A stretch of DNA of 63,516 nt, filler included, from Octopus bimaculoides (taxonomy: Eukaryota), in assembly GCF_001194135.2 (NCBI RefSeq). It is 5 parts of 5 records of this genome, joined end to end, with 100 filler letters (N's around TTAATTAATTAA, not from the genome) between each part and the next. Parts side by side here need not be neighbours in the genome. Positions count along the whole stretch, not along the records: positions 22,662 to 37,509 come from NC_068989.1; positions 37,610 to 45,297 come from NC_069005.1; 3 more parts are not named here. The stretch is one strand, 5' to 3'. Of this stretch, positions 26,214 to 38,385 are shown in pieces. The position numbers and the translations under genes were made by a program. How positions within the stretch are numbered: the first letter of the stretch is position 1; each line of letters opens with the position of its first letter. The notes below the pieces were generated by a model. It saw nothing but the letters and a program-made list of their open reading frames with translations. It did not search any database and was not told the DNA's origin.

Positions 26214-26828
26214 TTATCTATCTATTTATCTATCNNNNNNNNNNNNNNNNNNNNNNNNNNNNNNNNNNNNNNNNNNNNNNNNNNNNNNNNNNNNNNNNNN
26301 NNNNNNNNNNNNNNNNNNNNNNNNNNNNNNNNNNNNNNNNNNNNNNNNNNNNNNNNNNNNNNNNNNNNNNNNNNNNNNNNNNNNNNNNNNNNNNNNNNNN
26401 NNNNNNNNNNNNNNNNNNNNNNNNNNNNNNNNNNNNNNNNNNNNNNNNNNNNNNNNNNNNNNNNNNNNNNNNNNNNNNNNNNNNNNNNNNNNNNNNNNNN
26501 NNNNNNNNNNNNNNNNNNNNNNNNNNNNNNNNNNNNNNNNNNNNNNNNNNNNNNNNNNNNNNNNNNNNNNNNNNNNNNNNNNNNNNNNNNNNNNNNNNNN
26601 NNNNNNNNNNNNNNNNNNNNNNNNNNNNNNNNNNNNNNNNNNNNNNNNNNNNNNNNNNNNNNNNNNNNNNNNNNNNNNNNNNNNNNNNNNNNNNNNNNNN
26701 NNNNNNNNNNNNNNNNNNNNNNNNNNNNNNNNNNNNNNNNNNNNNNNNNNNNNNNNNNNNNNNNNNNNNNNNNNNNNNNNNNNNNNNNNNNNNNNNNNNN
26801 NNNNNNNNNNNNNNNNNNNNNNNNNNNA

Positions 26829-26982
26829 GATTGTTCTCAAGAAAATTCAGCAAACGCCAGAACGTAAGTGAGCAAAACAAATGAAAAGATACAAAATATA
26901 TTTATATTTTTATATTTTGTATCTTTTCATTTGTCTTGCTCACTTACGTTCTGGCGTTTGCTGAATTTTCTTGAGAACAATC
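26829..26982. repeat. Near-perfect inverted repeat, 72-bp arms, 10-nt loop
   Basis: 26829-26900 vs 26911-26982: one mismatch (26935). Confidence 0.95.
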
Positions 26983-27089
26983 TTTTCTTAGTGGTCAGAC
27001 CATATGGGGTCTTCTTCTATGAGTGCCCATACGTACTTATATTTTCACCAGTTTGTACTTATACACTTATACACTTATAAACACACAGG

Positions 27090-27125
<36 letters not shown>

Positions 27126-27684
27126 TACATACACACATGCCTTTGCAGGACATATAAACATAAATATATAGGTATATCTAGACTTATTTGTATATGTATG
27201 CGTGCGCCTATGTGTGCCTATGTGCGCCTATGTGCGCGTGTGTGTGTGCGCGTGTGTGTGTGCGCGTGTGTGCGCGCGTGCTGGCGTGTGTTGTGTGTGT
27301 GTGTATGTGTGTGTGTGTGTGTTGTCATCCTAGAAACAGGACAGCTACCAGCGACAACAACACGCAAAACATCTGCTAGAAATAACAGAGGTGGGAGGTC
27401 ACCAAGTAATGCTGTGCCAGATACATTAACTCTGGAAAAGAGACAGAGTGACGATCAGCACTGAAATGCCTACGGCCTTAGATCTGCTCGATCAGAGCTG
27501 ACCTCGGTTAAACAACAGCAGCAGCAGCAGCAGCAACAACAACAACAACAAGTGCCTTCGTTGTCCCCAGCGTTTTCTCTGCCTTAACTCCACTCAATGT
27601 TTAAATTTGTTTACTCAACTCTCAATGATGTCTGACAGCTTTTTTCCTTGCTGCATCTCAATTGACTTCTTTGACATTATACAT

Positions 27685-27726
<42 letters not shown>

Positions 27727-27824
27727 GAGCACACATACACACACACACACAAATACGCGCGTGCGGTCAGAAATACATTATTTGTTGAAACGTATATTCA
27801 CCATTCTTTGACATAGAATCTCTA

Positions 27825-27858
<34 letters not shown>

Positions 27859-28014
27859 TTCTGTTCCCTTTCATTACATCTCTCACCTATTCGGCCCCTT
27901 TTCCTCACTCTTTTGTCTCCCTTTCTCCCTTCTTGATTGTATGCTTGTATGTGTGTATGCATTACGCACGTACGCACATACGTACGTACGTACGTACGTA
28001 TATATGCATGTATG

Positions 28015-28048
<34 letters not shown>

Positions 28049-28128
28049 TGTATGTATGTATGTATGTATGCATGTAGGTAGGTATGTAGGTTGGTAGGCA
28101 GGTAAGTAGGTAGGTACGTGTGTGTGTA

Positions 28129-28220
<92 letters not shown>

Positions 28221-28495
28221 ACGCTTGTTTTATATTTTTGTGTACTTGAGAGCATTAAGTGTGCACTAAATTGTGCACTCAATACTGGATGTAGAATCAA
28301 AATAATATTTATTATCAATGGTGACATTTATGTATATCATAAAGGCAATTGAGTACATTTACCTATCCGTCTGCTTCTAGTACAGAAATTGTTTGTGACA
28401 CAGAAAACTCACCTTTGGGCGTATTAAGAAAGGTTTTAATAATATACTTTGAACCAATTTGAAAGTTAAATGTAATTTGTTTATTAATTGTATAA

Positions 28496-28574
<79 letters not shown>

Positions 28575-29811
28575 CAGGCAGACAGACCAAGACAGACAGA
28601 GACAGACAGACAGAGACAAGTAAGAGAGAGAGAGAGAGAGGTGGGCAACACTGTTGGTGCTCTTAGAAAACCAGGAGTTGCTATTGCGTTTGCATGTTGT
28701 TCTACTATTTACCGGTACCATTCTCTGTCTTTACAGATCCTTGTCTGAGAAAGCCCTGAAGCGGCTTTTGCGACGACATTTTTTTGTTTCTTTTTTACAC
28801 CGCTGGTCTCCTTGCTTATGCTTCTACTCCAACGACCGATCACAGCTCCGGATTGGCCCTGTGATCTTGATGCGTCATAAGGACTTCCATATGATTTAAG
28901 CTAACCCCATTCACCTCAGACCACATATCGCTCCTCATCTCAGTTGCACTTATCACGCGCTGTTATTATACTGCAGAATGACTAGTCAGAGGTCAACGCG
29001 ACAACTAATGACCCTGTTCTAGATTGCATTCCAAGAATCAACTCACGATATTTCTGTTTTGTTTTTATGACACATATAACAACCCTGTTGCTTTGTAAAT
29101 ATACGAATAGAGCACGTTCCATCTTTCTCATCATTGTGTGATAACATCGGGCAAAAATGCATTTGTTTTTGTTACATAGGGCTGCCAAACCACTTCAAAA
29201 TTAATTTTTTTTTTAGTTCCCCTGTTGCATTCAATACTGACAAAAGACACTGTCAAGTTTGGGTATATTTCTTACTGAAATTTGAAATTCCAGAGTTATT
29301 TTCCTTTCGCAATATGTTTATGTCAATAGTATTTGTTGTTGTTATTGTCTTTAGTGTCTATAAAAAATGTAATAATTTTTTTCTTTAATATGTGTGTGTT
29401 TTACTGTGAGATACTCTTTTTTTTCACCTCCTTTTGGTTTTTTGTTTGTTTTCTATGTAGTTATGCGCATTTTCAAAATTTTTCTTTGAGGTGGTAGCCA
29501 TTCGGAACGAGCATATTTTTTCTTGTTTACACACAAGAAAAAAAAATGCTCAATTTTTTTCACCAAAACAGGGAATGTACAAAAAAAAAAAAAATCACAA
29601 AAAAAATGTCTTGTAACCCCGCTGTGTAACATGTCCACAACACAACAGAAATATAAATCCAATTTTTAGAAAAAGAAATCAACACGTTTTTATCCAAACG
29701 AGAGCGATCTTTGTCACGGTATACGTCTTGCCACGGTAAAATACAAATATGATAATAAAAATAAAAATAAAAATAAAAATAATAATAATGATGATGGTGA
29801 TGATGATGATG

Positions 29812-29892
<81 letters not shown>

Positions 29893-30886
29893 GAAACAAG
29901 AACAACAGACAAGCGGGTAGAAAAGTTCGTATCTTAAATATCAATTACTCGTCAAAAGTTGACCTTCACAGCTCTATGCCGTCTGTAAGTCAGGCAAATT
30001 GCATATCGCTAGAAGGCCAATTCTCCAAGTGGCAATATAAACAAGCCGACGCTAAGGAGTTTAGCAGTAGAGTGTGATAAACGAGCTATCGTCGATATAC
30101 ATCTAATTATAAAGGATCCTGACCCCTAAGAAGTTGTGGTGGCAATGTTTGTATTGATGGCAGTGGTGGTGGTGGTGAAGTGGTTACGGGACTGATTCTT
30201 CAGCTTCTTATAAAAAGAAGCGTAGCTACACAATAAAAAAAGAAATCACAGCATGTTTTTCTGATTTATGTGATGAAAAACCAACTTTTCTAAGTGTGTT
30301 TACCTTACTCTGTAATAATTTTTAACTTAGGCACAACCCCACAGATTTCAGATGGAGGTGGGAGGTACAGTCGACAAGTGCTTATTTCAAATTCGGAATA
30401 CAGTGAGACATAAATACCAGTCGGGTCTGTACTAATTCTGCCATCCTTCGCCCTTGCAACACTGTAAGATTGACAGTACCAAGTCTTCTGGTGGATCTGG
30501 TCTATGATAGAATCACTGCCAACGTCATCCCACTTTCTGTTATCTCACCATGACTACTCCGGTATCAAATGAGAAACGAGTAATTTATTAATTCAGGAAT
30601 GAGACTACTGGGCGCTGCTGTTTGGACGCTGATGATTTGAGACGGCTGACTGGGCTGTCAGCATGTTTTGGTAACAGTACATGTTGGCGCTTCAAGCAAA
30701 CACACATCCGTACACGCACGCAGATATATTCATATACAAATAGAAAGATTGAGAAAGTGAGAGGAACATTGCAATTTATCAATTGAGTACGGTTGTAATA
30801 AGCACTTTCTCTTTCCTCATACGCATGGAGAAATATGCTCAAACACATAAACAGTGAAAGGGGGGGAGAACGTGGGCAGCATTAAA

Positions 30887-30962
30887 ACGAGAGAAACAAT
30901 GAGACGAGAGAAACAATGAGACGAGAGAAACAATGAGACGAGAGAAACAATGAGACGAGAGA
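30887..30962. repeat. 17-bp minisatellite, 4.5 perfect copies
   Basis: Unit ACGAGAGAAACAATGAG. Confidence 0.95.
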
Positions 30963-31539
30963 TGCCAAATAAGAAGCACCAAAACGCTGTGCCAAAACGT
31001 CTCATACTCCTTAATTACAGTTACCATATGTCTCGAAATAGTGATTCCAGCGTATCACTGTTAATTTCACCTGAACTGGACTATTGAGAATTCAGAGTCT
31101 TGAACATGATACGGAACATTAACCATTTGGTCGAGAGACTGATGTACTCATCACAAATTAAAACAAAATCACTTGAAAGGAAGTCTCCTCTCTGTTGTAC
31201 AATAAGCGGAAGTAAAAACTAATGTTTCCGGTAGGGATATTCGTCCTACTAGAAGTAGTTGAGTATATTTCCTGGCAAAGGACTTTACACGAAACATTTA
31301 ATCGATAAAATCCTCTCAACAATATCCGGGGTTTTGTACCACGTTTGAAATCAATTTTACTGAGTTTCTAGTTCTTAGAGGAATCATTGCAACTGTTGTA
31401 TCTACGTACAGCTAGGTGACCAGGACTGCTGAAGGTTAAGTATCTTAGTGATACGTATCATAGAGGCAACACAGCATCAAACCAATAACCTTTGACTGAT
31501 TGTCCGAAGGCCTATGGATTCGGATAGCTGAACTGAAAT

Positions 31540-32155
31540 GACACTCTGTCGGTTACGACGATGAGGGTTCCATTTCATCCAATCAATAGAACAGCCGGCC
31601 CGTGGAATTAACGTGCAAGTCATGCGTAAAGGTTATCTCTGTAGATTTTCCATAGAAATTGTAGCCAGCGCTGTTTTTGTTACGGCATTTCATATCCGAG
31701 ACGTCAGATGTAAACAATCAATCAAACAACAAACAATGAGATCTTGATCGAAGATCTCATTGGTTGTTTACATCTGAGGGCTCGGATACGAAACGTCGTT
31801 ACAAAATCAGTGCTGGCTTCAATTTCTATGTGATGTAATAGCACTGCTAACACTGTAGTACACGGTATTGACTTATAAAAACGCTTGATATACTTTGTTG
31901 CATAACGAAATGCCGTGTGCCTACAAAGCATTAATGGTAACGTGAAAGCGGCTGAACACTGCATAGACACGCGTACCCTTAACGTAGTTCTTAAAGAAAT
32001 TCAGCGCGACAAGGCTAGCCCTTGGAAATACTGGTATAACTGATTTTTGCTAGCTGAGGAGACTAGGGTAATGGGAAATAAAGTTTCTTGTTCAAGGACA
32101 GAACGCGTCGCTGGGAATCGAACTCACGACCTTACGATCTTAAGCCGAATATCCC
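31540..32155 (-). mobile_element. SINE family D split by a 317-bp insertion
   Basis: Tail 31540-31620 and body/head 31950-32155 are contiguous in the copy at 48365-48692. Confidence 0.8.
31651..31830. repeat. Imperfect 180-bp palindrome
   Basis: catagaaattgtagccagcgctg...gagatctt-gatcg-aagatctc...cagtgctggcttcaatttctatg; 15-nt bulge in the left arm. Confidence 0.9.
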
Positions 32156-32339
32156 TAACCACTAAGCCACGCCTACATTACCAAGCGTTTTGTTATGTTA
32201 CGGCACCAGGTTCAAACCCTTCACTGAGCGTGTAGTAAATCATGATTAATCACTCCAGTGTATTCTCTGCCGTAAATTTCAGTTTTTATATGAAACATTC
32301 AACGAACTAAATTTTGATTTTGTCATTTAATATTTTCAG

Positions 32340-32501
32340 CCAGTAAAATGGATTACACATCAGAACAAACTGTAGTAACAGATGAATGGGAATTAGACCC
32401 AAGCCTACTTCGATTCAGCACACCTCTTGGACAGGGGGCATTCGGTAAAGTGGTCACAGGTTATTATGCTCAAAGGAAGGTCGCCATCAAAGTTGTAAAA
32501 G
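32340..32501 (+). CDS. RTK exon: juxtamembrane and kinase subdomains I-II (phase 1 to 1)
   Basis: ttttcAG acceptor; SKMDYTSEQTVVTDEWELDPSLLRFSTPLGQGAFGKVVTGYYAQRKVAIKVVK; DEWE motif, GxGxFG loop, VAIK lysine; donor GTCAGT at 32502. Confidence 0.95.
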
Positions 32502-32616
32502 GTCAGTTCTCATTAGCGGCCATTTTCCTTCATCGTTTTTTTTTTTCTTCCTTTGTCTGGGTGTTTTTTTTTGTTTTTTTTTTGGTCAACATCAACTCTA
32601 TAAAGATACAAGATAT

Positions 32617-33000
32617 TGGTTTCAAATTTTGGCACAAAGCCCGCAATTTTAAGTGTTGGAGTAAGTCGATTACAACGACCTCGATATTCAACTGGAACTT
32701 ATTTTATCGACTCCGAAAGGATAAGTCGACCTCGGCGGAATTTGAACTCAGAGCATAGAGACGGACGAAATGCCGTTAAGCGTTTTATTCGGCGTGCTAG
32801 ATTCTGTCAGCTTAAGATGACATAATATTGGTACCTGGCTAGCAATTTCGAGAAGAGGGTAAGCTGATTTCATCGACCCCACAAAAAAAAAAAAAAATTG
32901 AAGACAAAGTCAATCTCCGCGGAATTTGAACTGAAAACGTAAGGAGGGATAAAATGCCGCTATGTATTGTGTCCAGCATGCTAACGATTCTGCCACCTTC
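32617..33000 (-). mobile_element. Two tandem SINE family B copies
   Basis: Core repeated at ~32617-32810 and ~32838-33000. Confidence 0.8.
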
Positions 33001-33179
33001 CCGCTTTTCATATACCCACTATATATGTGGCTACAGATTTTTTTTTTGTTTATTTTGTCTCTTATACTGGTTCACATATTTCCTGCACTATTTTATATTT
33101 GTGCTAAAATAAATTACATTTTAGAATTGAAATTTAATTTTAATTTCGAATCTACTTTCTTTTTTTTTTTATCAAACAG

Positions 33180-33348
33180 ACAGCGCCCCTCTTTCTTATA
33201 AAGAAGATCTTTTGGATGAGTTGAACCTCATGAAAAGAATAGGCATCCATCCAAACATTGTGTCTATGGTAGGAGCCTGCACACAAAAGGAGCCAATTGC
33301 CCTTGTCATGGAATATGTACCGTACGGCAATCTACACAACTTCTTAAG
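33180..33348 (+). CDS. RTK exon: kinase subdomains III-V (phase 1 to 2)
   Basis: T-tract...aacAG acceptor; DSAPLSYKEDLLDELNLMKRIGIHPNIVSMVGACTQKEPIALVMEYVPYGNLHNFLR; alphaC Glu, HPNIV, MEY hinge; donor GTAACT. Not shown by the ORF track. Confidence 0.95.
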
Positions 33349-33409
33349 GTAACTTCTAGAAATTTTATTGTTACTTATATATATTTTCGTGTTTATTGCT
33401 TTTATTTAT

Positions 33410-33465
<56 letters not shown>

Positions 33466-33479
33466 CACACACACACACA

Positions 33480-33790
33480 TGTTAGACTATTGAAAAAATT
33501 ACACCTACTCTCTCTGGATTACGAGTTCAGATTTATACCTGTTATTACTGGGGCACTAGGTTATGTAACAAACTGCCTACGCACCAATCTTGAGAAACCA
33601 GAAAGGATAAAGTTGATTAGAAGATTACTAATACAAACCATCAATAGAACTGTTAAAATGTGTAAAACATTCCAAATGCTTAGCATTTAAGTATACGTGT
33701 GCATGTTTAGACATGCAAATACATGCAAAGCAAAACACACAAATCTGCACATGCACCGACTCCAAATATATACACACAGATATGCACAAA
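33480..33790 (+). mobile_element. 3' fragment of an RLE-type LINE within a kinase intron
   Basis: YEFRFIPVITGALGYVTNCLRTNLEK..LIRRLLIQTINRTVKMCKTF* resembles the RLE C-terminus (P.I.GALG). Confidence 0.7.
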
Positions 33791-33908
33791 TACATCAATT
33801 TTATTTAAAATTCCAATGAAGGTGCCTTAAATTTAGGCTAGAAACCGGCTCTTTCTCTGTTGGCAAGAAATCTAGAAATAAAACACGTATGCGTCTTCTG
33901 TTTTATAG

Positions 33909-34056
33909 GAAGTGCAGATCTGAAGGAGAGGTACGGTTACGAAATGGTACCTCGGAGTTAAACTACTCAGTTATGGACAAGAATGGTCAAATTGAAAATG
34001 GAATAATAACTCCAGTGGATATATTGTCATTCGCCCGACAGATATCTATGGCAATG
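33909..34056 (+). CDS. RTK exon: kinase insert and subdomain VIa (phase 2 to 0)
   Basis: ttttatAG acceptor; KCRSEGEVRLRNGTSELNYSVMDKNGQIENGIITPVDILSFARQISMAM; donor GTCAGT at 34057. Confidence 0.95.
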
Positions 34057-34368
34057 GTCAGTATCGATATTTTAGTTCCTTCTTTAACCTTTTAATGCCA
34101 CGAAGATTAAATATTAATAATCTATAATCTTTACTCCCATTTTGACTCTAAAGTTATCAATAAACCTAATTTCTTAAATACTCGTAACAACTTACCGATT
34201 TTTATGGCATATAAACGACCTTTTTTGCCAAAAAATGTTTCCAAAAAAATCAGTCCCAGGTCCTATATGCAAAGGTGGGCCTCTTGTGAGATAAAATGAT
34301 TTCTAATTTTAAATCTAGACGGTCCATTTTAATTAGCCTGACTCCATAGTAATAATATCTTCTTAAAC

Positions 34369-34427
<59 letters not shown>

Positions 34428-34429
34428 TC

Positions 34430-34620
34430 AAACTGGAAAGGCAGCAAGCTGATAGGACTGATAGCACTGAGAGCACGCTGGGCAACATTCTTAGCGGCAT
34501 TTCGTCCGTCTTCAGGTATTGATTGCACATGCCACCGAGGTCGACTTTGCCTTTCATCCCTACGGGATCCATAAAATAAGTACTAGTCGAGTACTGGGGT
34601 CGATGTAATTGATTTACATN
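34430..34620 (+). mobile_element. SINE family B
   Basis: ccaccgaggtcgactttgcctttcatccctacgggatcc. Confidence 0.8.
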
Positions 34621-35353
34621 NNNNNNNNNNNNNNNNNNNNNNNNNNNNNNNNNNNNNNNNNNNNNNNNNNNNNNNNNNNNNNNNNNNNNNNNNNNNNNNN
34701 NNNNNNNNNNNNNNNNNNNNNNNNNNNNNNNNNNNNNNNNNNNNNNNNNNNNNNNNNNNNNNNNNNNNNNNNNNNNNNNNNNNNNNNNNNNNNNNNNNNN
34801 NNNNNNNNNNNNNNNNNNNNNNNNNNNNNNNNNNNNNNNNNNNNNNNNNNNNNNNNNNNNNNNNNNNNNNNNNNNNNNNNNNNNNNNNNNNNNNNNNNNN
34901 NNNNNNNNNNNNNNNNNNNNNNNNNNNNNNNNNNNNNNNNNNNNNNNNNNNNNNNNNNNNNNNNNNNNNNNNNNNNNNNNNNNNNNNNNNNNNNNNNNNN
35001 NNNNNNNNNNNNNNNTTCATGTTAAAACATTAAAAAGATTTTTAGGTTAACGTGTGCAAACGTCTGAAGCAAAATAAACTAAAACAGTAACTTTCGGTGT
35101 AATGAATTCTAAATCTTAAAAGAAATATTAAAACAAAACTGGAATTTACGGTATTACTCGTAATTCTATAGTTACAGTTGTTTCATTCCAACTTAGGAAA
35201 TACATCATAGGAACATAGATATTAATGTTTATAATAATATTGATATTATGAATTCATAATAAAATATATATACATACATTTAGATTCTTTTCCTGTGTGC
35301 AATTCGTCGAACTTAGTTTCATAATTAATAATAAATATATTTTCTTCTTCTAG

Positions 35354-35609
35354 GAATACATGGCCGAAAATAAATATGTCCATCGGGACTTAGCGGCTCG
35401 TAACGTCCTTCTCGATTGTGGCAAAGTGGTCAAAGTCTGTGATTTTGGCTTATCGCGTGACATTTACAAGGATAACCAATACCAGAAACTAACCAACGGG
35501 AAACTTCCCATCAAATGGATGGCAATTGAATCACTTCGAGATAGAATCTTCACGACGCAAAGCGACGTCTGGTCGTTTGGAATCCTTCTCTGGGAAATTG
35601 TCTCATTGG
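35354..35609 (+). CDS. RTK exon: catalytic loop, activation loop, subdomains VIb-IX (phase 0 to 1)
   Basis: ttcttctAG acceptor; [86 protein letters not shown]; tyrosine-kinase signatures [27 protein letters not shown]; donor GTGAGT at 35610. Confidence 0.98.
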
Positions 35610-35808
35610 GTGAGTCGGAATTACTTCGTGTATATGCTGTGCATGGGGTGTATGTTTATATGTGTATATATATGTGTATATATATGTATATATGTGTATA
35701 TATGTGTATATATATGTATATATGTGTATATGTGTATATATGTGTATATATGTGCATATATGTGTATATATGTGTATATATATGTGTATATATATGTGTA
35801 TATATATA

Positions 35809-36052
35809 AATCGTTTGCCAAAAGTCACCCGACAGTAACTCAAAATTCCAGAAATACTTAATATTCAATTTTATTTATTCATTCCAATTATGAATGTTTA
35901 ATAATTGAATGCTGTGAGTTAAAAATCGCCGTTTTTTTTTTTTTTCAAAATTTGTCTATTTATTAGCGAAGTCTCATACAAAATATTTTTTCGTTTTAAT
36001 CTTGGAATTAAATGGTTTTGATTTACTGTCAGGTGACTTTTCGCCAACCCTG
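35809..36052. mobile_element. Tc1/mariner-type MITE in a TA microsatellite
   Basis: Left TA-aatcgtttgccaaaagtcacc vs reverse complement of right end TA-cagggttggcgaaaagtcacc. Confidence 0.65.
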
Positions 36053-36186
36053 TATATATAGTTTACAGATGAGATCCAGATATCTTCTGCATAGAAGACA
36101 CATAGTAGTGCTCAAAAGATTCGAGCTTAGACTGCGATGTCTTGACAGGGGATCATTCCACCAAGGTAAAGAAAAGCTGTAAGAGG

Positions 36187-36345
36187 GATCAAGATCAATA
36201 TTTCACTGGTACTTAATTTATCGACCCCGAAAGGATAAAAGGCAAAGTCAACCTCAGCGGAATTTGAACTCAGAACGCAGCGACGGGCTAAATATCACTA
36301 AACATTTCGTCCAGCGTGCTAATGATTCTGCTAGCTCGTCGCCGC
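36187..36345 (-). mobile_element. SINE family B
   Basis: Core match, reverse strand. Confidence 0.82.
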
Positions 36346-36648
36346 GTTTTTAATATTTGATAATGATTAGATTATATCCGAGGAATGATAAATCTACCTC
36401 AATACATTTGAGGTTTTTTAAAATTCGGAGGTTCGGTGTTTTCACATCTTTATACTTATGTTATAACACCTCTTTAATGCATTAGAAGCACCCGTCTGAA
36501 GATTTTAAAGTTCGAAACAGTTCAATGCATTCATCAAATTAAACCGGGTGGAGCAAAAATGATTTTCTATTTTAAATCTTGAATGACCTTCAAAATTAGG
36601 AAGTCACTTTGAATCTCCTTGTACAATATTTTTGAATTTCATGTACAA

Positions 36649-36848
36649 GGCATCGAGCTGGCGTATCGTTAGCACGCCGGGCGAAATGCTTAGTGGTATT
36701 TCGTCTGCTTTTACGTTCTGAGTTCAAATTCCACTTTTGGTGTCGATTAAATAAGTACCAGTTACGCACTGGCGTCGATGTAATCGACTTAATCCCGTTG
36801 TCTGCCCCGTCTATGTTTAGCTCTCCCTGTGGACAATAAAGAAATAAA
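36649..36848 (+). mobile_element. SINE family B with internal deletion
   Basis: Head and tail present; part of the core deleted. Confidence 0.8.
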
Positions 36849-37120
36849 TATTTTTGTTGTCATAGCAGTGGACTTCACATTTCCCTTTAAATTACACATT
36901 TTAGCTCCGAGTGAGGTAAGTTAGTTTTGACGAAGATTTGATCCTTATTCACATTATGTCTTGTGAAATCTAACGGGACGAGAAATCGGACCAAGTGAGT
37001 GGAGTATTATTACCATCGTTGAAAGTAATTTTTAGGCTGTTATTGATGATGATATGAATTGATGCTGTTTGCGCTGTTCCCTGACTGACTGTAGTTTTTT
37101 TTTTCTCCTTTCCGTTTAAG

Positions 37121-37217
37121 GTGCATCTCCTTATCCGTCCATCGCTCTGGCTGACCTCTATCATGTGTTGTGCAGTGGCCATCGTATGGAAAAGACCAGT
37201 AACTGCTCAGAGGAGTT
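37121..37217 (+). CDS. RTK exon: kinase subdomain X (phase 1 to 2)
   Basis: Long pyrimidine tract + tttaAG; GASPYPSIALADLYHVLCSGHRMEKTSNCSEE(L); donor GTAAGT at 37218. Confidence 0.93.
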
Positions 37218-37689
37218 GTAAGTAACTTTAATCAACTCTTCAATATAATAGATCTGCCGTTGGCAATATTTTAGTTGAAGCAAGGCGGCGATTCTATTCC
37301 ATTCTATTGCGGCTGAAGGTCGATATACTCGCATGTACAAAATATAATAAATTTTACAATTATAAAATTTATACAATACTCACATGCATATTTGCGACAT
37401 AGGTCGCGTTTCCACTACGACTTAAAATGGTCAGAAATCGTCCGGTAATTGCTATTTGCTCAGATAAAATACTTAAATAGTCTTGATTATTAATCCGGCC
37501 ATGAAAGGANNNNNNNNNNNNNNNNNNNNNNNNNNNNNNNNNNNNNNNNNNNNTTAATTAATTAANNNNNNNNNNNNNNNNNNNNNNNNNNNNNNNNNNN
37601 NNNNNNNNNTCCTACACTGTCTTGCAACACGAAATACCTCGAGTCGAGGTATTATATATATATATAATATATATAATATATGGTACGCT

Positions 37690-37860
37690 TGCACTAAATG
37701 AGGATGCAAAGAAAGAGGTCTGGAGATGCCACTACGATAGATTGCTTAATAAAGAGAATGAATGGGAGAAAGAGAGCCTGCCGTATGTCGACCCAATAGA
37801 GGGACCAGCTATCCGAGTTGATAGTACCAGGGTAGATAAAGCAATTAAGAGTATGAATAC
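37690..37860 (+). mobile_element. RTE-clade LINE internal fragment
   Basis: ALNEDAKKEVWRCHYDRLLNKENEWEKESLPYVDPIEGPAIRVDSTRVDKAIKSMN, the pre-RT W..HY..LLN segment. Confidence 0.75.
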
Positions 37861-37878
37861 CGATATATATACATACAT

Positions 37879-37945
<67 letters not shown>

Positions 37946-38057
37946 CACACACACATATATATAAACACACACATGCATATACATACATATATTTATAAAT
38001 ATATACATACATATACATACATATATATATACACACATATATGTATGTGTATGTGTG

Positions 38058-38270
38058 TCATCATCATCCTTTAACGTCCACTTTCCATGCTAGCATGGGT
38101 TGGTCGACTTGACTGAGGACTGGTGAAACCGGATGGCAACACCAGGCCCCAATCTAAATTTGGCAGAGTTTCTACAGCTGGATGCCCTTCCTAACGCCAA
38201 CCACTCAGAGAGTGTAGTAGGTGCTTTTATGTGTCACCTGCACGAAGGCCAGTCAGGCGATACTGGCAAC
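38058..38270 (-). mobile_element. RTE-associated 3' tail element with (GAT)n end
   Basis: Reverse complement gttaggaagggcatccagctgtagaaac...ggacgttaaaggatgatgatga; same tail as RTE at 44370-44515. Confidence 0.75.
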
Positions 38271-38345
<75 letters not shown>

Positions 38346-38385
38346 GATATGTATGTATGTGTGTGTAGAGTTAATTCAAAAAACA

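Noticed and set aside
28640-30120. Complex non-repetitive-looking sequence with CCAAT/CRE-like words and possible TIR fragments
   Set aside because: Could not pair termini or define an ORF; short motifs are expected by chance.
30887-30962. Regular direct repeats as a possible CRISPR array
   Set aside because: Contiguous units with no spacers, eukaryotic context, no cas genes.
36496-36535. CTGAAGA...GAAACAGTT hammerhead-like string
   Set aside because: No credible stem II or stem I pairing adjacent to the core.
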